Assembly: GCA_963843845.1 (NCBI GenBank)
Contig: CAWJMB010000002.1
Coordinates: 1,152,001 to 1,216,000 of the forward strand
Length of the DNA: 64,000 bases
Reading direction: 5' to 3'
Origin: an uncultured Gemmatimonadaceae bacterium
GTDB lineage: Bacteria; Gemmatimonadota; Gemmatimonadetes; Gemmatimonadales; Gemmatimonadaceae
Below the pieces are notes generated by a model that was given only the letters and a program-made list of their open reading frames with translations, did no database searches and was not told the origin of the DNA. The position numbers and the translations under genes were made by a program. Shown here piece by piece: positions 30,751 through 43,006 of the stretch; the stretch's first letter is position 1; each line of letters starts with the position of its first letter.

Positions 30751-32175
30751 ATGGAGCCTCAACTCACCATCGCTCGTCAGCTCGCACGCCTCGTCTTCCT
30801 GCTCCGCGACACCGGCAGCACGATGGACGACGTGCGCGAGACGCTGCGCGCCCTGACGACGCTGTTGCGCGAGAGCGCGCTCACCTGCGCCGTCGCCGAC
30901 TGGAAGTTGACGGTCGACGGTCGGCCCGTCCCCTCGGCGCCGAGCAACTACGAGGAGCTCGTGCGCCAGCTCGAGGCGCACGGCATCGCGCAGCTCACCG
31001 TGCGCCGCTTCGCGACGGCGGCCGAACTCATCAAGCTCGTTCGGCTGCTCGCCGAGGCGCCGACGGCGGAGCCGCCGCTGCGCGAACGGATGGCGGCGCT
31101 GAAGGTGTGGAACGTCGACGTCACGCTGAAGGGCGAGGAGGTCGCCACGGCGACGCCGGCCCCCGCACCGACCGCGCAACACATCGAGCTGTCGCACCAC
31201 CTGGCGCGCGTGCGGCAGGCGAAGGTTCCGCTCGACGCGACGATGGCGCTCGACGAGTTGGGGACGCGCGCCCAGGACGCGGCGGCGGCCGGCGACGGCG
31301 AGACGGTGACGGAGATCCTGTTGGGCATCTCGCGCGCGGCAGACGTCGTCGCGGACGATGCGGTGCGCGCCGCCTGCCTCGCGTCGCTCGCGCGGCTGGC
31401 GACGCCGGCGATGCTCCGGCTCGTCGCGGAGCGGCTGCCGGCGCGCGCGGCGCCGGGGCGCCACCAGGAGTACGTCGATCTGCGCGACGCGATCGGCCGC
31501 TGCGGCGAGTCGGGCGGCGCGGCGCTCATCGCGCACCTCATGGCGGCGGGCTCGTTCGACGAACGGCGCGTGTTCTACAACGCGATCGTCGAGCTGCGGA
31601 CCGGCGTCCCGATGCTCATCGAAGCGCTCGGACACCCGCAGTGGTATGTCGTGCGCAACGCCGCGAACCTGTTGGGCGAGATGCGCGAGACGCGCGCCGA
31701 CGTGGCCCTCGCGCGGCTGCTCGAACATCGCGACGAGCGCGTGCGCGAGGCGGCGGCGACGGCGCTGCTGCGGCTCGACACGCCCACGGCACGCGCCGCG
31801 CTGCCGCGCATGATCCAGGACCGCTCGCCGAACGTGCGACTGCACGCGGCGACGGCGTTCGCCTCCGCCCCCACGCGAACGGCGACGCCGCTCTCGTCCG
31901 CGCTCGACGTCGAGGCGGACGGCGACGTGCAGATCGGGATCATCCAGGCGTTAGGCCGACTCGGGACCCCCGACGCGGTGCAGAAGCTGTTGAAGGCCGC
32001 GGCGCCGGCGAACGGGGGACGCCCACGGTCGCCCGGCTATCGCGTGGCGGCGCTCGAGGCGCTGGCGACGGCGAGAGGGCAGATGGCGTTCTCCACGTTC
32101 AAGCAGCTGCTGGAGGACACGGAACCGGCCGTCCGCGACGCCGCGAAGCGACTGCTCGCGGGAGCCGCGGCCTGA
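30751..32175 (+). CDS. HEAT-repeat protein
   Basis: WYVVRNAANLLG, DERVREAAATAL, SPNVRLHAA and EPAVRDAA repeats; intact 474-aa ORF. Confidence 0.85.
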   Translation: MEPQLTIARQLARLVFLLRDTGSTMDDVRETLRALTTLLRESALTCAVADWKLTVDGRPVPSAPSNYEELVRQLEAHGIAQLTVRRFATAAELIKLVRLLAEAPTAEPPLRERMAALKVWNVDVTLKGEEVATATPAPAPTAQHIELSHHLARVRQAKVPLDATMALDELGTRAQDAAAAGDGETVTEILLGISRAADVVADDAVRAACLASLARLATPAMLRLVAERLPARAAPGRHQEYVDLRDAIGRCGESGGAALIAHLMAAGSFDERRVFYNAIVELRTGVPMLIEALGHPQWYVVRNAANLLGEMRETRADVALARLLEHRDERVREAAATALLRLDTPTARAALPRMIQDRSPNVRLHAATAFASAPTRTATPLSSALDVEADGDVQIGIIQALGRLGTPDAVQKLLKAAAPANGGRPRSPGYRVAALEALATARGQMAFSTFKQLLEDTEPAVRDAAKRLLAGAAA

Positions 32176-32223
32176 CGACGGCGGGCCTGACGACCTTCCG
32201 TCGTCGGTCCCGCCGATCAGCAG

Positions 32224-33296
32224 TCAGCGCGCCCTGAAGTCGGTCTCGCCGCCCACGGCTCGGCAGGCCTCCGCGATCACCTCCGCCGCCCGATCGAGGT
32301 CCTCCAGCGCGACCATCTCGTTCGGCGAGTGCATGTAGCGGTTCGGCACCGACAGCAGCGCCGGTCGCGATCCCTTCCGCCGCGTTGTGGATCGCGTCCG
32401 CATCGGTCGACCGAGTCGCGCCCGGCGGCGTGCAGCGACGTACGGCACCTTCAACCGCTCGGCCGCCGTCGCGCAGCAGCCCGAAGGCGACCGGCGAGGC
32501 CACCGAGCCGCGCGTGAGGACCGGCCCGCCGCCCAGCGCGGCCTCGCCGTGCTCCTTCTTCTCGATCCCGGGATGGTCGGTGGCGAACGTCACGTCGACG
32601 ACGATCGCCAGGGCGGGGCGCACGCTGACCGCGCACGCGAGCGCGCCGCCGCCGCGCCAGGCGATCTCCTCCTGCGTCGTCGCGACCGCGACCACGCGCG
32701 CCGTCCCCGGATTCTCGGCATAGCGGCGCAGCGCCTCGAGGACGACGAACGCGCCGATGCGGTTGTCGATCGAGCGCGAGGCGATGCGACCGTTCGGCAG
32801 CTCGAGCAGCGCGCGCGTCGACGACGCCCGCGTCGCCGACCTCGACGAGGCCTAGCGTCTCCGCCTTGCTCGTCGTGCCGAAGTCGACCCAGAGGTCGGT
32901 GAGCTTCGACGCCTTCTCGCGCTCCTCGGGCTTCATGAGGTGGATCGGCTTCTTGCCGATCACGCCGACGACGTCGCCCGCCGCCCCGCGGAAGCGCACG
33001 CGCTGGCCGACGAGCACCTGCGGGTCCCACCCGCCGATCGGGCCGACGTAGGCGAAGCCCTGGTCGTCGACGTACGTGATGATGAGCCCGATCTCGTCGA
33101 TGTGGCCCGCCAGCATGATCGTCGGCGACCCCTCGGGGTTCACCACGGCGAAGCTGTTGCCCATGACGTCGCCCGTCACGGTCGCGAACGACTCGGCTTC
33201 GGCGCGCCAGGCGCGGGCCGGCACGGTTTCGTAACCCGACGGCCCGGGGGCGTCGAGCAGGCGCTTCAGGAAGGCGTAGCTGGTGTCGGGGAGCAT
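32224..33296 (-). CDS. M42 family metallo-aminopeptidase (several indels)
   Basis: PGPSGYE, LAGHIDEIG, IGGWDP, TQEEI, VDVTFA, RYMHSPNE across three frames. Confidence 0.9.
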
Positions 33297-33602
33297 GACG
33301 AGACAGGAGAGGCGAGCCGCTGCGCGCCGGCCGGAGCGGGCGCGTCGTCGTAGGAGCGAAGAATAGCGGCGGGGAGCGCGACGCCGTCGCCGAAGCGAGG
33401 ACCGGGGCAGCCGGGAGAGGGGTTCGCGGCGCGCGCCGGGACGGCGCGGCGGGTCGGAGTCGAGCGGCGCGAAATCAATGAGGTCGGAATCAGACGCCGC
33501 GAGGGCGTCGAACGTCACCGCCGGCGGGCCCGCGCCCTCGGCCGCGCCGCCGACCCCACGCTCGGCGCGGACGGGCACGGTGTCCGACGCGGGGCGATGC
33601 GC

Positions 33603-35289
33603 TCACGGAGTGACGCGCGCCTCGTAGACCATCCGCCCGCCTACCCACGTCGACAGCACGCGCGTCGACAGGATCTCGCTCTCCGGCACCGTCATGAGGT
33701 CGCGGTCGAGCACGACGAAGTCGGCGTAGCTTGCCCGGCGCGAGCGACCCCATCTCCTGCTCCTGGAACGCCGCGAACGCCGGCCAGATGCGTCATCGAG
33801 CGCAGCGCCTCCTCGCGCGTCATGCGCTGCTCCGGCTGCCAGCCGCCGGCGGGCCAGTTCTTCGCGTCCTGCCGCGCGACCGACGCGTGGAACGAGATGA
33901 GCGGGTTCACCTGCTCGACCGGGAAGTCGCTGCCGTTGGGGATGATCGAGCCCGCGTCGAGCAGCGAGCGCCACGCGTAGGCGCCCGAGCAGTCGCGCCG
34001 GGCCGAGTCGGGTCACCGGCCCAGTACATGTCGCTCGTCTGGTGACTGGCCTGCATGCTCGGGATGACGCCGAGCTGCGCGAAGCGCGGGATGTCGTCGT
34101 GGTGGAGGATCTGCGCGTGCTCGACGCGGAAGCGGTGGTCGGCCGTCGGGACGGCGCCGAGCGCTCGCTCGTAGGCGTCGAGCACGAGGCGGTTGCCGCG
34201 GTCGCCGATCGCGTGCGTGTTCACCTGGAAGCCGGCCTTCAGCGCGCGCGTCGCCACGTCCAGGATGTGCGCCGGCGCCGAGATGAGCAGGCCGCTGTTC
34301 TTCGCGTCGTCCGCGTACGGCTCGAGCAGCGCGGCGCCGCGGCTGCCGAACGCGCCGTCGGCGTAGAGCTTCACCGACGCGCTCCCACAGCCGCCCGCCG
34401 TAGAGCGCGCTCCGCGGGCCACGCTGGAAGTAGTAGGCGAGCGCCGCGCTGTCGTCGCCGATCATGACGTAGGTGCGCAGGTCGAGCTCTCCCTGCTGCG
34501 CCATCTCCTCCATCAGCTCGATCGTCCGCCGCGACTCGCCCGCGTCGTGCACGCCGACCAGCCCCCAGCGGTGCAGCTCGGCCACGGCGCCCTTGAGCGC
34601 GGCGCGCAGCTCCTCGCGGCGTCGGCGTCGGGAATGACGCCGCTCGACGAGGCCCTGCGCGTTGTCGACGAACACCCCGGTCGGACTGCCCTGCGCATCG
34701 CGCTCGAGGCGGCCGCCGGTCGGGTCCTTCGTCGCAGCGGTGATCGCGGCGGCGCGCAGCGCGGCGGCGTTCGCGAGCCCGGCGTGCCCGTCGACCCGCT
34801 CCAGGTACACGGGGTGGTTCGGCACGGCGCGCGACAGCGCCTCCTGCGTCGGGAAGCGCGTGTCGGCCCAGTCGTTCTGGTCCCACCCGCGCCCGACGAT
34901 CCACTGCCCCGCCGGGGCCGAGCGCGCCCGCGCGACGACGCGCGCGATCACCTCGTCGTACGACGTCGTTCCGGTGAGGTCGACGTTGCGCAGCGCGAGG
35001 CCGAGGCCCAACAGATGCCCGTGCGCGTCGACCATCCCCGGGATGACCGTGCGCCCCGCACGTCGACGACGCGCGTCCCGGCGCCCCGCAGCGCCATCGC
35101 GCCGCGTGCGTCGCCGACGAACACGATCCGGCCGTCGCGCACGGCCATCGCCGCCGCGGTCGGCTTCGACGCGTCGACCGTGTAGATGCGCGCGTTCGTG
35201 ACGACGAGATCGGCCGGCGCGGGCGCCGGGAGCTGCGCGCCGACGGCGAGCGGGAGCGCGAGCGCGGCGAGGCGAACGAGAGTACGCAT
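33603..35289 (-). CDS. Secreted amidohydrolase, YtcJ-like (several indels)
   Basis: NARIYT, PGMVDAHGH, RVDGHA, KLYADGAFGSRGA, HAIGDRGN, RVEHAQ, ADFVVLDRD. Confidence 0.9.
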
Positions 35290-35423
35290 GACGATGAGAA
35301 CGGGTTCGCGACCATGATAGCCTCGGTGACGACGTGGCGCGCTGCGGGGACTTGTGTCGGCACGCACGCCGGGCGAGCGTGCCGACCCGTGTTCCCGCTC
35401 GTCTCACCTCCGGACAAGTCGAC

Positions 35424-36848
35424 ATGACGTTTCGTGCGCACTCGCGCTGGTGGATCGCCTCCCTCGCCGTCGCGGTCGCGCCGAACGCGATCCGGGCGCA
35501 GGGATTCGGTCTGAACGAGATCGGGAGCTGCGCGATCGGCCGCGGCTTCGCGGTGAGCGCGACCCCGTGCGAGGACGCGTCGGTGCTGTTCTGGAACCCC
35601 GCCGCGGCCGCGCGGCTGAACGGGCCGTCGCTCTACGCCGGCGTCACCGGCATCCAGGTGCACGCGCGCTTCACGCAGGACGTGTCCGCGCGCGCGTACG
35701 ACGGTGACGTCCCCGTCACGCTCCCGCCATTCCTCGGCTTCGTCTACAAGAGCGAGAACCGGAACAGCGTCTTCCACCGCGTCGCGTTCGGCATCGCCGC
35801 GTACGTGCCCTACGGCCTCACGTCGCAGTGGCGCGACGACTTTCCCGGCCGCTTCTCGGCGCAGACGGCGTCGCTCCGGTCGACCTACGTGCAGCCGACC
35901 GTCGCGATCGACGTCATGCCGGACCGGCTCTCGTTAGGCGGCGGGTTCATCGTCGCACGCTCGTCGCTCGAGCTGCGGCAGTCGATCGACTTCGCGGTTC
36001 TCCCCGCGCCGCCGCCGGCCCCCGCCGGAACGACGTTCGCCCGGCTCGGCTTCGCTCCCGGCACCGAGTTCGGGCGCGCCGTGCTGAGCGGCGACGGCGT
36101 GGGCTACGGCTTCACGCTCGGCGCGCAGGCGAAGCTCACCGAGACGGTCTCGCTCGGCGCGCGCTATCTCTCCGCGGTGACGTTCGACTACGACGGCGAC
36201 GCCGCGTTCTCGGTCGTGCCGAGCGCGAGCACGTACGTGCTGCAGGCGAACAACGCGCTGAGCGCACCCGCGGGAACGACGCTCGCACAGGTCGTCGCCC
36301 CGCAGTTCACCGGCGCGACCGGCGCGTTCCGTCCGGGCCAGACGCTCACGACGTCGATCCGCCACCCGGCGCAGTTCCAGGCCGGCGTCGGGTATACCGG
36401 GATCCAGAACACCACGCTCTCCGCCGACTACGCGTTCGTGAAGTGGGATGCGTTCGACGTGCTGCGGGTGACGTTCGCGTCGAACGCCGCGCTGAGCCGC
36501 GAGTTGCTCGAGCGCTACCGCAACGCCAGCAGCTATCGCGTCGGCGCCGAACACCGCTTCCATACGGGGATCTCGGGGCGGCTGGGCTTCAGCTACGCCC
36601 CCTCTCCGGCCCCCGACGAGACGGTCACGCCGCTCCTCCCGGACATGGACCGGCACAACTTCGCCGCCGGCGTCGGCATCCCCATCGGGCGCGTGACGTT
36701 CGACGCGGCGTACCTGCGCGTCGAGACCGAGGGGCGCCGTGGGCGGACCGGCGAGCGCACGGCGTCGCAGACGGCCGCGCAGGTCAACAATGGGTTCTAC
36801 ACCCTGCACGCGAACATCTTCTCGGCCAGCCTCAAGCTCAAGTTCTGA
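35424..36848 (+). CDS. OmpP1/FadL-family outer-membrane hydrophobic-substrate channel
   Basis: AQGFGLNE..GRG, DASVLFWNPAA, PYGL, PLLPD, C-terminal aromatic Phe. Confidence 0.9.
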   Translation: MTFRAHSRWWIASLAVAVAPNAIRAQGFGLNEIGSCAIGRGFAVSATPCEDASVLFWNPAAAARLNGPSLYAGVTGIQVHARFTQDVSARAYDGDVPVTLPPFLGFVYKSENRNSVFHRVAFGIAAYVPYGLTSQWRDDFPGRFSAQTASLRSTYVQPTVAIDVMPDRLSLGGGFIVARSSLELRQSIDFAVLPAPPPAPAGTTFARLGFAPGTEFGRAVLSGDGVGYGFTLGAQAKLTETVSLGARYLSAVTFDYDGDAAFSVVPSASTYVLQANNALSAPAGTTLAQVVAPQFTGATGAFRPGQTLTTSIRHPAQFQAGVGYTGIQNTTLSADYAFVKWDAFDVLRVTFASNAALSRELLERYRNASSYRVGAEHRFHTGISGRLGFSYAPSPAPDETVTPLLPDMDRHNFAAGVGIPIGRVTFDAAYLRVETEGRRGRTGERTASQTAAQVNNGFYTLHANIFSASLKLKF

Positions 36849-36894
36849 GGGGCGCCGCCGTCACCGATTCCACTCGATGCACCCGGAGATCTCG

Positions 36895-38197
36895 ATGCGC
36901 TATCAGCTCACGGCGCGCCGCACGCGTGGCCGCCGGGCCGCGGTCGTCGCGCTCGGCGCGGCCGCGGCGCTCGCGTCCTGCGAGAAGGACCCCGAGCTGC
37001 TGCTCGGCACGACGCCGCCGGCGGCGATCAACGCGCGGCTTCATGGCGCGCTACGTCGCGTTCGGCAACAGCATCACCGCCGGCTACCAGTCGGGCGGCA
37101 TCAACGACTCGACGCAGCGGCAGAGCTACGCGCGGCTGCTCGCGAACGCGGCGGGGACGTCGTACCGCTATCCGGCGCTCACCCTGCCGCGGGTGCACGC
37201 CGCCGATCGTCGAACCTCCTCACGCAGGCCAGGCGTCGGCGGCGCGACGGCATCGACGTGCGCGCTGCGCGCGACGAGCTCCATCACGCCCGATCCTCAA
37301 CAACGTCGCGGTGCCCGGCGCGAACTCGTTCGACCCGACCGGCCTCGCCGGCGGCGGCTACAGCCCGCTCACGACGTTCATCCTCGGCGGCCGCACGCAG
37401 GTCCAGAAGGCGGTCGAGGTCGACCCGACGTTCGCGACGGTCTGGATCGGCAACAACGACGTGCTCGGCTTCGCCCTCGCCGGCACGACGGACCGGCGTG
37501 ACCGACTCCGCGACCTTCATCGCGAACTACGCGCGGCTCGTCGCCGAGCTCCGCGCCGGGCAGCCCGGAGCTGACGCGGGGCGTGCTCATCGGCGTCGTC
37601 AACGTCGTGAACGCACCGTTAGGCATCCCGATCTCCGTCATCAACCCGGCCGCGACGCCATCGCAGCCGGCGTTCGCGTACCAGCCGCTCGCCGCCGCGG
37701 CGGTCCAGCTCCAGCTCTTCGGCCGCCCGATCGCGTTCGCGCCGAACTGCAACACCGGCACTCCGCAGATCGCGTTCTCGGCACTCGCGCAGCTCGCCGC
37801 CGGCGCGAACCAGGCGCTTCCGGCCGGCGCGCCGTTCACCTTCGTCTGCGGCGACATCCCGGGCGTCGCGCCCAGGACGCCGGGGCTGCTCACCGACGCC
37901 GACCGCACCTTCTTCGTCAACCGCGTCCGCGGCTGGAACGCCTACATCCGCGCGAAGGCGGACTCGATCGGGTTCGCGTACTACGACCCGAACACGCGAC
38001 TCGACAGCTGGCGCGCGACGGGACAGGTGCCTCCGTTCCCGAACCTCGCCGCGCCGACCGCGCCGTTCGCGCCGTACGTCTCCAACGACGGGGTGCACCC
38101 GACGGGCGCCGCGCACCTCGTCCTCGCGCAGGACCTCGTGGCGCTCATCAACCAGAAGTACGGCAGCGCGATCCCGTCGCCGACGACGCTCCAGTAG
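36895..38197 (+). CDS. SGNH/GDSL-like lipolytic lipoprotein (several indels)
   Basis: LASC lipobox; FGNSITAG block I, NNVAVPG, WIGNNDVLG, DGVHP block V; GGAGA RBS. Confidence 0.85.
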
Positions 38198-38217
38198 TGC
38201 GCGCGGGGGATCGACGT

Positions 38218-38258
38218 GAACGGGGCGGGCGCCAGTCGCCAGGCGCCCGCCCCGTTCC
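38218..38258. terminator. GC-rich hairpin between convergent genes (probable bidirectional terminator)
   Basis: gaacggggcgggcgcc-agtcgcca-ggcgcccgccccgttc, 16-bp stem, no U-tract. Confidence 0.55.
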
Positions 38259-38275
38259 GCGCACCGGCGGCCGAG

Positions 38276-39446
38276 CTACTTCAGCACCGCCTTCGCGATC
38301 GTCTGCAGCTGCATGTTCGACGTGCCCTCGTAGATCGTCCCGATCTTCGCGTCGCGGTAGAACTTCTCGACCGGGTACTCCTTCGTGTAGCCGTAGCCGC
38401 CGAACAGCTCGACGCAGAGCGAGGTCACGCGCTCGCACACCTGCGACGAGTAGAGCTTCGCCATCGCCCCCTCGCGCGCGATGTCGTGCCCGGCGTCCTT
38501 CAGGCGCGCCGCGTTGTAGACCATGAGGCGCGCGGCCTCGAGCTCCGTCGCCGCCTGCGCGACCTGGAACTGGATGCCCTGGAACTCGGCGAGCGGCTTG
38601 CCGAACTGCCGGCGCTCCTTGAGGTACGCCGTCGTCGCGGCGAGCGCGCCGCCGGCGACGCCGATCATCTGCGCGCCGATGCCGATGCGCCCGCCGTTCA
38701 GCGTGTCGATCGCGATCTTGTAGCCCTTGCCGACGTCGCCGAGGACGTTCGCGTCGGGCACGAACACGTTGTCGAAGTGCAGCGACGTCGTGCTCGACGC
38801 GCGGATGCCGAGCTTGTCCTCCTTCTTGCCGATCGTGAAGCCGTCGGTCCCCTTCTCGACGACGAACGCCGTGATGCCCCTGTAGCCCGCCTCGGGGTTC
38901 GCGTTCGCGAACACGACGAAGATCTCCGCCTCGGCGCCGTTCGTGATCCACAGCCTTCGATCCGTAGAGCCGCCAGCCGCCGTCGGCTCGCTCCGCGCGC
39001 GTCGCGAGACCGAACGCGTCGGAGCCGGAGCCCGGCTCGGAGAGCGCGTAGGCGCCGATGGTGTCCGGAGGTGAGGCGCGTGCAGGAAGCGCGCGTGCTG
39101 CGTCGGCGTTGCCGTAGGCGTGGATCGGGTAGTTGACGAGCGTGTTCTGCACGTCGACCTGGATCGCGGCCGACGCGTCGACCTTGCTCAGCTCCTCGAC
39201 CGCGAGCACGATCATCATCGCCGTGCCGCCGGCGCCGCCGCACCGACTCGGGCAGCTCGATGCCCATGAGCCCGAGCTCGAAGAACTGGCGCGTGAGCGC
39301 CGGAGTCGATCTTGCCGGCCTGCCTCCATGTCGTGCACCCGCGGCCGCACCTCGGACTCGGCGAGGGCGGTGACGGCGTCGCGGAAGATGGACTCGTCTT
39401 CGGAGAGCAGCGTGAGCGGCGGGCGGGCAGCGAGATCGGTCGACAT
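38276..39446 (-). CDS. Acyl-CoA dehydrogenase, short/branched-chain type (several indels)
   Basis: [50 protein letters not shown]. Confidence 0.93.
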
Positions 39447-39516
39447 AGGCGAGAGCGGGGGTGGAAGGCGACGCCGAAGAATGCGTGTCGGACCCCGCGA
39501 TTTGTAGATTGCGTCC

Positions 39517-41796
39517 ATGGTTTCCACGTCGTCGAAGTCGTCGAAGTCGCAGGCGTTCGCTCGTCGCCTGGCGCTGTGCGGGCTGCTGCTCGTCGCCTGC
39601 GAGCACACCGGCGCGCCCGGCGACGGGAACGACGTCGCGTCGCTGGAGCTGCTGGCACCGGTCGACGGGTCGACCGTCGTCGCCGGATCGACCGTGGCGG
39701 TTCGTGTGCGCGCGCTCACGGCGCGCGGCGCGGGCCGAGCGCAGGCGGCGGTGACGATCGGAGTCGCCTCCGGCACGGTGACGCCCTCGCCGACGGTGAC
39801 CGGTGCGGACGGCGTGGCGACGGCGACGTGGACGGTGGGCGCGACGCCGGGCCCGCAACGACTCTTCCTCTCCGCGGCGGAGCGTCCCGGCCAGATCGTC
39901 GGCTACGGGGTGACGATCGTCGCGGCGCCCGCGCCGGCGCTCGCCGTCGCCCGCGCCACGAGCGACACGCTGCGCCCCGGCGTCGCCGTCGCGATCGAAG
40001 GAAGCGGCTTCACGTCCGGCGCGCTCTCGGCGACCGTCGCCGGCGTCGCGGTGACGGTGAGCGACCTCGGCGCCACGCGGCTCACCGTCGGCGTGCCCGC
40101 GTCGCTCCCGTGCGCACCGCCGTCACTCGTGCGGATCACCCTGCGCCGCTCGTCGGGGGCCGGCACCGACTCGGCGACCGTGACCGCACCGTTCGACCCC
40201 GCGATCGCGCGCCGCGTGCAGCCTGGCGAGCACGTCGTGCTCACCGACTCGCTCGCCGTCCGCTGCACGCGGCTCGACGGCGGCGGGCGCTACGCGGTCG
40301 CGATCCTCAACACGAGCACCGCGGCGCCCGGCGGCGTCGCGGTGCAGCTGCGCGGGCAGGGAGCGGCGACGACCGCGTCGTCACGAGCGCAGGGTGGGAC
40401 AGCGCTCTCGCCTCCGGTCCGGACAGCGCGGTCGCTCGCCGCGCTCGGCGCGACAGGGCGGGCGGATGGCGAACACGGTGCCCACCTCGAGCGCGAACGC
40501 GCCCGCACCGCCGCCCTCGTCGCTCCGGCGCCGGCGTCCGCCCGCCGCCGCGCGGTCCGCGCGCTGCCGGCCGTCGGCGACGTGCTGACGCTGAACGCGA
40601 TGTACTACGATTGCGCGACGCCGACCGCCGTGCGCGCGCGCGTCGCCGCCGTCGGCGCGCGCGCCGTCGTGCTCGAAGACGTCGCCTCGGCCGGCGCCGG
40701 GTCGCGCGACGGCCAGCTTCGCGAGATCGCCGACGAGTTCGACCGCGTCATGTACCCGCTCGTCGTGACCCACTTCGGCGACCCGCTCGCGCTCGACGGC
40801 GCGCTCGGCGGCGACGGCCGGGTGCGCGTTCTGTTCTCGCCGTACGTCGCCGACAGCGTCCCGAACACCATCGGCTTCGTCACCGGGTGCAACTTCTCCG
40901 CGCGCTCGCAGCTCGCGTCGAGCAACGAGGCGGCCGTGTTCTACGCCCGCCTGCCGAACGCGTTCGAGACCGCGGCCGAGTGGCGCCGCCAGCTCCGCTC
41001 GACGCTCGTGCACGAGACGAAGCACCTCGCCGCCTACGCCGAGCGCTTCGCGCGCGCGGGGAGCGGCGCGCCCCTGCTCGAAGAGACGTGGCTCGAAGAG
41101 GGAACCGCCCGCGTCGCCGAGGAGCTGTACGCGCGCCAGTTCTCCGGCGCGACGTGGAAGGGCAACGCCACGTTCGCCCCGACGGTCGGCTGCGAGCTGA
41201 CCGCGTGCGACGCCCGCCCCGTCGCCATGTCGAAGCACTTCAACGCGCTGGCCGCGTACTACGCGCGCGTGGACTCGCTCACGCCGCTCGGGCGCGTCTC
41301 GGCGTTCGACCAGAGCTACTACGGCAGCGGGTGGCTGCTGGTGCGGTGGGCCGCGGATCGCCACGCCGCCGACGAGCCGACGTTCTTCCGCGCCCTCACG
41401 ACGGAGACGACGCTCACCGGGATCGCGAACCTCGCCCGCCGCACCGGCCGCTCACCGAGCGCGATGCTCGGCGACTGGGCGCTCGCGCTCGCCGTCGACG
41501 ACCGGCCCGCGTTCACGCCGCGCGACCCGTCGCTCACCATCCCGAGCTGGAACACGCGCGACGTCTTCCGCGGCATGAGCGTCGTGAATCCCTTCCTCGT
41601 ACGCACCCCCTTCCCCCTGCTCGAGCGGTCGGTCGCGGCCGGCGCGTTCGTGGTCGACGTGCCGCTGCTCCGCTCGTACACGGCGGCGTTCGTCGAGATC
41701 GGGGCAGGGGCGGGGGCGCAGCTGCTGTCGCTCCACGCGGCGGGCGGCGCTGCGCCGCCCGCCGCGACGGGACTCGCGATCGTGCGCGTCGAGTGA
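39517..41796 (+). CDS. Lipoprotein with Ig-like/IPT domains and a gluzincin (M30-like) metallopeptidase domain
   Basis: LVAC lipobox; [14 protein letters not shown]g-like; IEGSGF IPT/TIG; HETKH ... WLEEG zinc motif. Confidence 0.75.
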   Translation: MVSTSSKSSKSQAFARRLALCGLLLVACEHTGAPGDGNDVASLELLAPVDGSTVVAGSTVAVRVRALTARGAGRAQAAVTIGVASGTVTPSPTVTGADGVATATWTVGATPGPQRLFLSAAERPGQIVGYGVTIVAAPAPALAVARATSDTLRPGVAVAIEGSGFTSGALSATVAGVAVTVSDLGATRLTVGVPASLPCAPPSLVRITLRRSSGAGTDSATVTAPFDPAIARRVQPGEHVVLTDSLAVRCTRLDGGGRYAVAILNTSTAAPGGVAVQLRGQGAATTASSRAQGGTALSPPVRTARSLAALGATGRADGEHGAHLERERARTAALVAPAPASARRRAVRALPAVGDVLTLNAMYYDCATPTAVRARVAAVGARAVVLEDVASAGAGSRDGQLREIADEFDRVMYPLVVTHFGDPLALDGALGGDGRVRVLFSPYVADSVPNTIGFVTGCNFSARSQLASSNEAAVFYARLPNAFETAAEWRRQLRSTLVHETKHLAAYAERFARAGSGAPLLEETWLEEGTARVAEELYARQFSGATWKGNATFAPTVGCELTACDARPVAMSKHFNALAAYYARVDSLTPLGRVSAFDQSYYGSGWLLVRWAADRHAADEPTFFRALTTETTLTGIANLARRTGRSPSAMLGDWALALAVDDRPAFTPRDPSLTIPSWNTRDVFRGMSVVNPFLVRTPFPLLERSVAAGAFVVDVPLLRSYTAAFVEIGAGAGAQLLSLHAAGGAAPPAATGLAIVRVE

Positions 41797-41938
41797 TCCG
41801 CAGCGCGCCGCGCACGCGCGTCGGAATGGTTGCGCGGATGGCCGGCCGCTACCTTCCGCGAGTCAACCATCCCCCATGTTCACGACTCGTGCAGCGCGGC
41901 CCGGCCGGCGGTGCGCGAGTGCGATCCGCGACCCTCTC

Positions 41939-43006
41939 TTGACGATCCTCGTGACTGGCGGCGCGGGCTTCATCGGCTCGGCAGTCGTTCGGCACCTCGT
42001 GCGTCGCGGCGACGTCGACGTCGTGAACGTCGACAAGCTCACCTACGCCGGGAATCTCGACTCGTTGCGCGACGTCGACGCCTCGGCGCGCTACCGCTTC
42101 GAGCAGGTCGACATCTGCGACGAGGCCGCGGTGCGGCGCGTGTTCCGGGAGCACCGGCCGGACGGCGTGCTGCATCTCGCCGCGGAATCGCACGTCGATC
42201 GATCGATCGACGGGCCGGGCGCGTTCGTCCAGACGAACGTCGTCGGCACGTATGTGCTGCTCCACGAGGCGCGACGCCACTACGCCGCGCTCGCGCCGGC
42301 CGCGGCCGAGCGGTTCCGGTTCGTGCACGTGTCGACCGACGAGGTGTTCGGGTCGCTCGGCGACCGCGGGTTCTTCACGGAAGCGACCGCCTATGGACCG
42401 AACTCGCCGTATTCCGCGAGCAAGGCGGCCAGCGATCATCTCGCGCGCGCCTGGCGTCACACGTACGGACTGCCGGTCATCGTCACGAACTGTTCGAACA
42501 ACTACGGGCCGTATCAGTTCCCCGAGAAGCTGATCCCCCTCGTGATCCTCAACGCGCTCGCCGGTGAGCCGCTCCCCGTCTACGGGCGCGGCGACAACGT
42601 GCGCGACTGGCTGTACGTCGACGACCACGCGGAGGCGCTCGTGACCGTGCTCGAGCGCGGGATCGTCGGCGAGACCTACGCGATCGGCGGGCGCAACGAG
42701 CGCCGGAACCTCGACGTCGTGCGAGCGATCTGCGACCTGCTCGACGAGCTCGCCCCCGCCGAGTCCCCCCGCCGCGACCTCATCCGGTTCGTGCCCGATC
42801 GGCCCGGGCACGATCTGCGCTACGCGATCGACGCGTCGAAGATCGATCGCGAGCTCGGGTGGCGGCCTCGCGAGACGTTCGAGAGCGGGCTGCGGAAGAC
42901 GGTCGAGTGGTACCTGGAGAACGCGTGGTGGTGGACGCGCGTGCAGTCCGGGGGCTACCGGCGTGAGCGGCTCGGCCTCGACGCACTCTCGGAGGCGGCG
43001 CGGTGA
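41939..43006 (+). CDS. rfbB: dTDP-glucose 4,6-dehydratase
   Basis: [50 protein letters not shown]. Start is TTG 41939 or ATG 41876. Confidence 0.97.
   Translation: MTILVTGGAGFIGSAVVRHLVRRGDVDVVNVDKLTYAGNLDSLRDVDASARYRFEQVDICDEAAVRRVFREHRPDGVLHLAAESHVDRSIDGPGAFVQTNVVGTYVLLHEARRHYAALAPAAAERFRFVHVSTDEVFGSLGDRGFFTEATAYGPNSPYSASKAASDHLARAWRHTYGLPVIVTNCSNNYGPYQFPEKLIPLVILNALAGEPLPVYGRGDNVRDWLYVDDHAEALVTVLERGIVGETYAIGGRNERRNLDVVRAICDLLDELAPAESPRRDLIRFVPDRPGHDLRYAIDASKIDRELGWRPRETFESGLRKTVEWYLENAWWWTRVQSGGYRRERLGLDALSEAAR

Noticed and set aside
33297..33602. 306-bp gap as an N-terminal extension of M42, a small ORF or an ncRNA
   Set aside because: The translation is low-complexity and Arg-rich, a TATTCT box at 33360-33365 fits a start at 33296, and no RNA motif was recognised.
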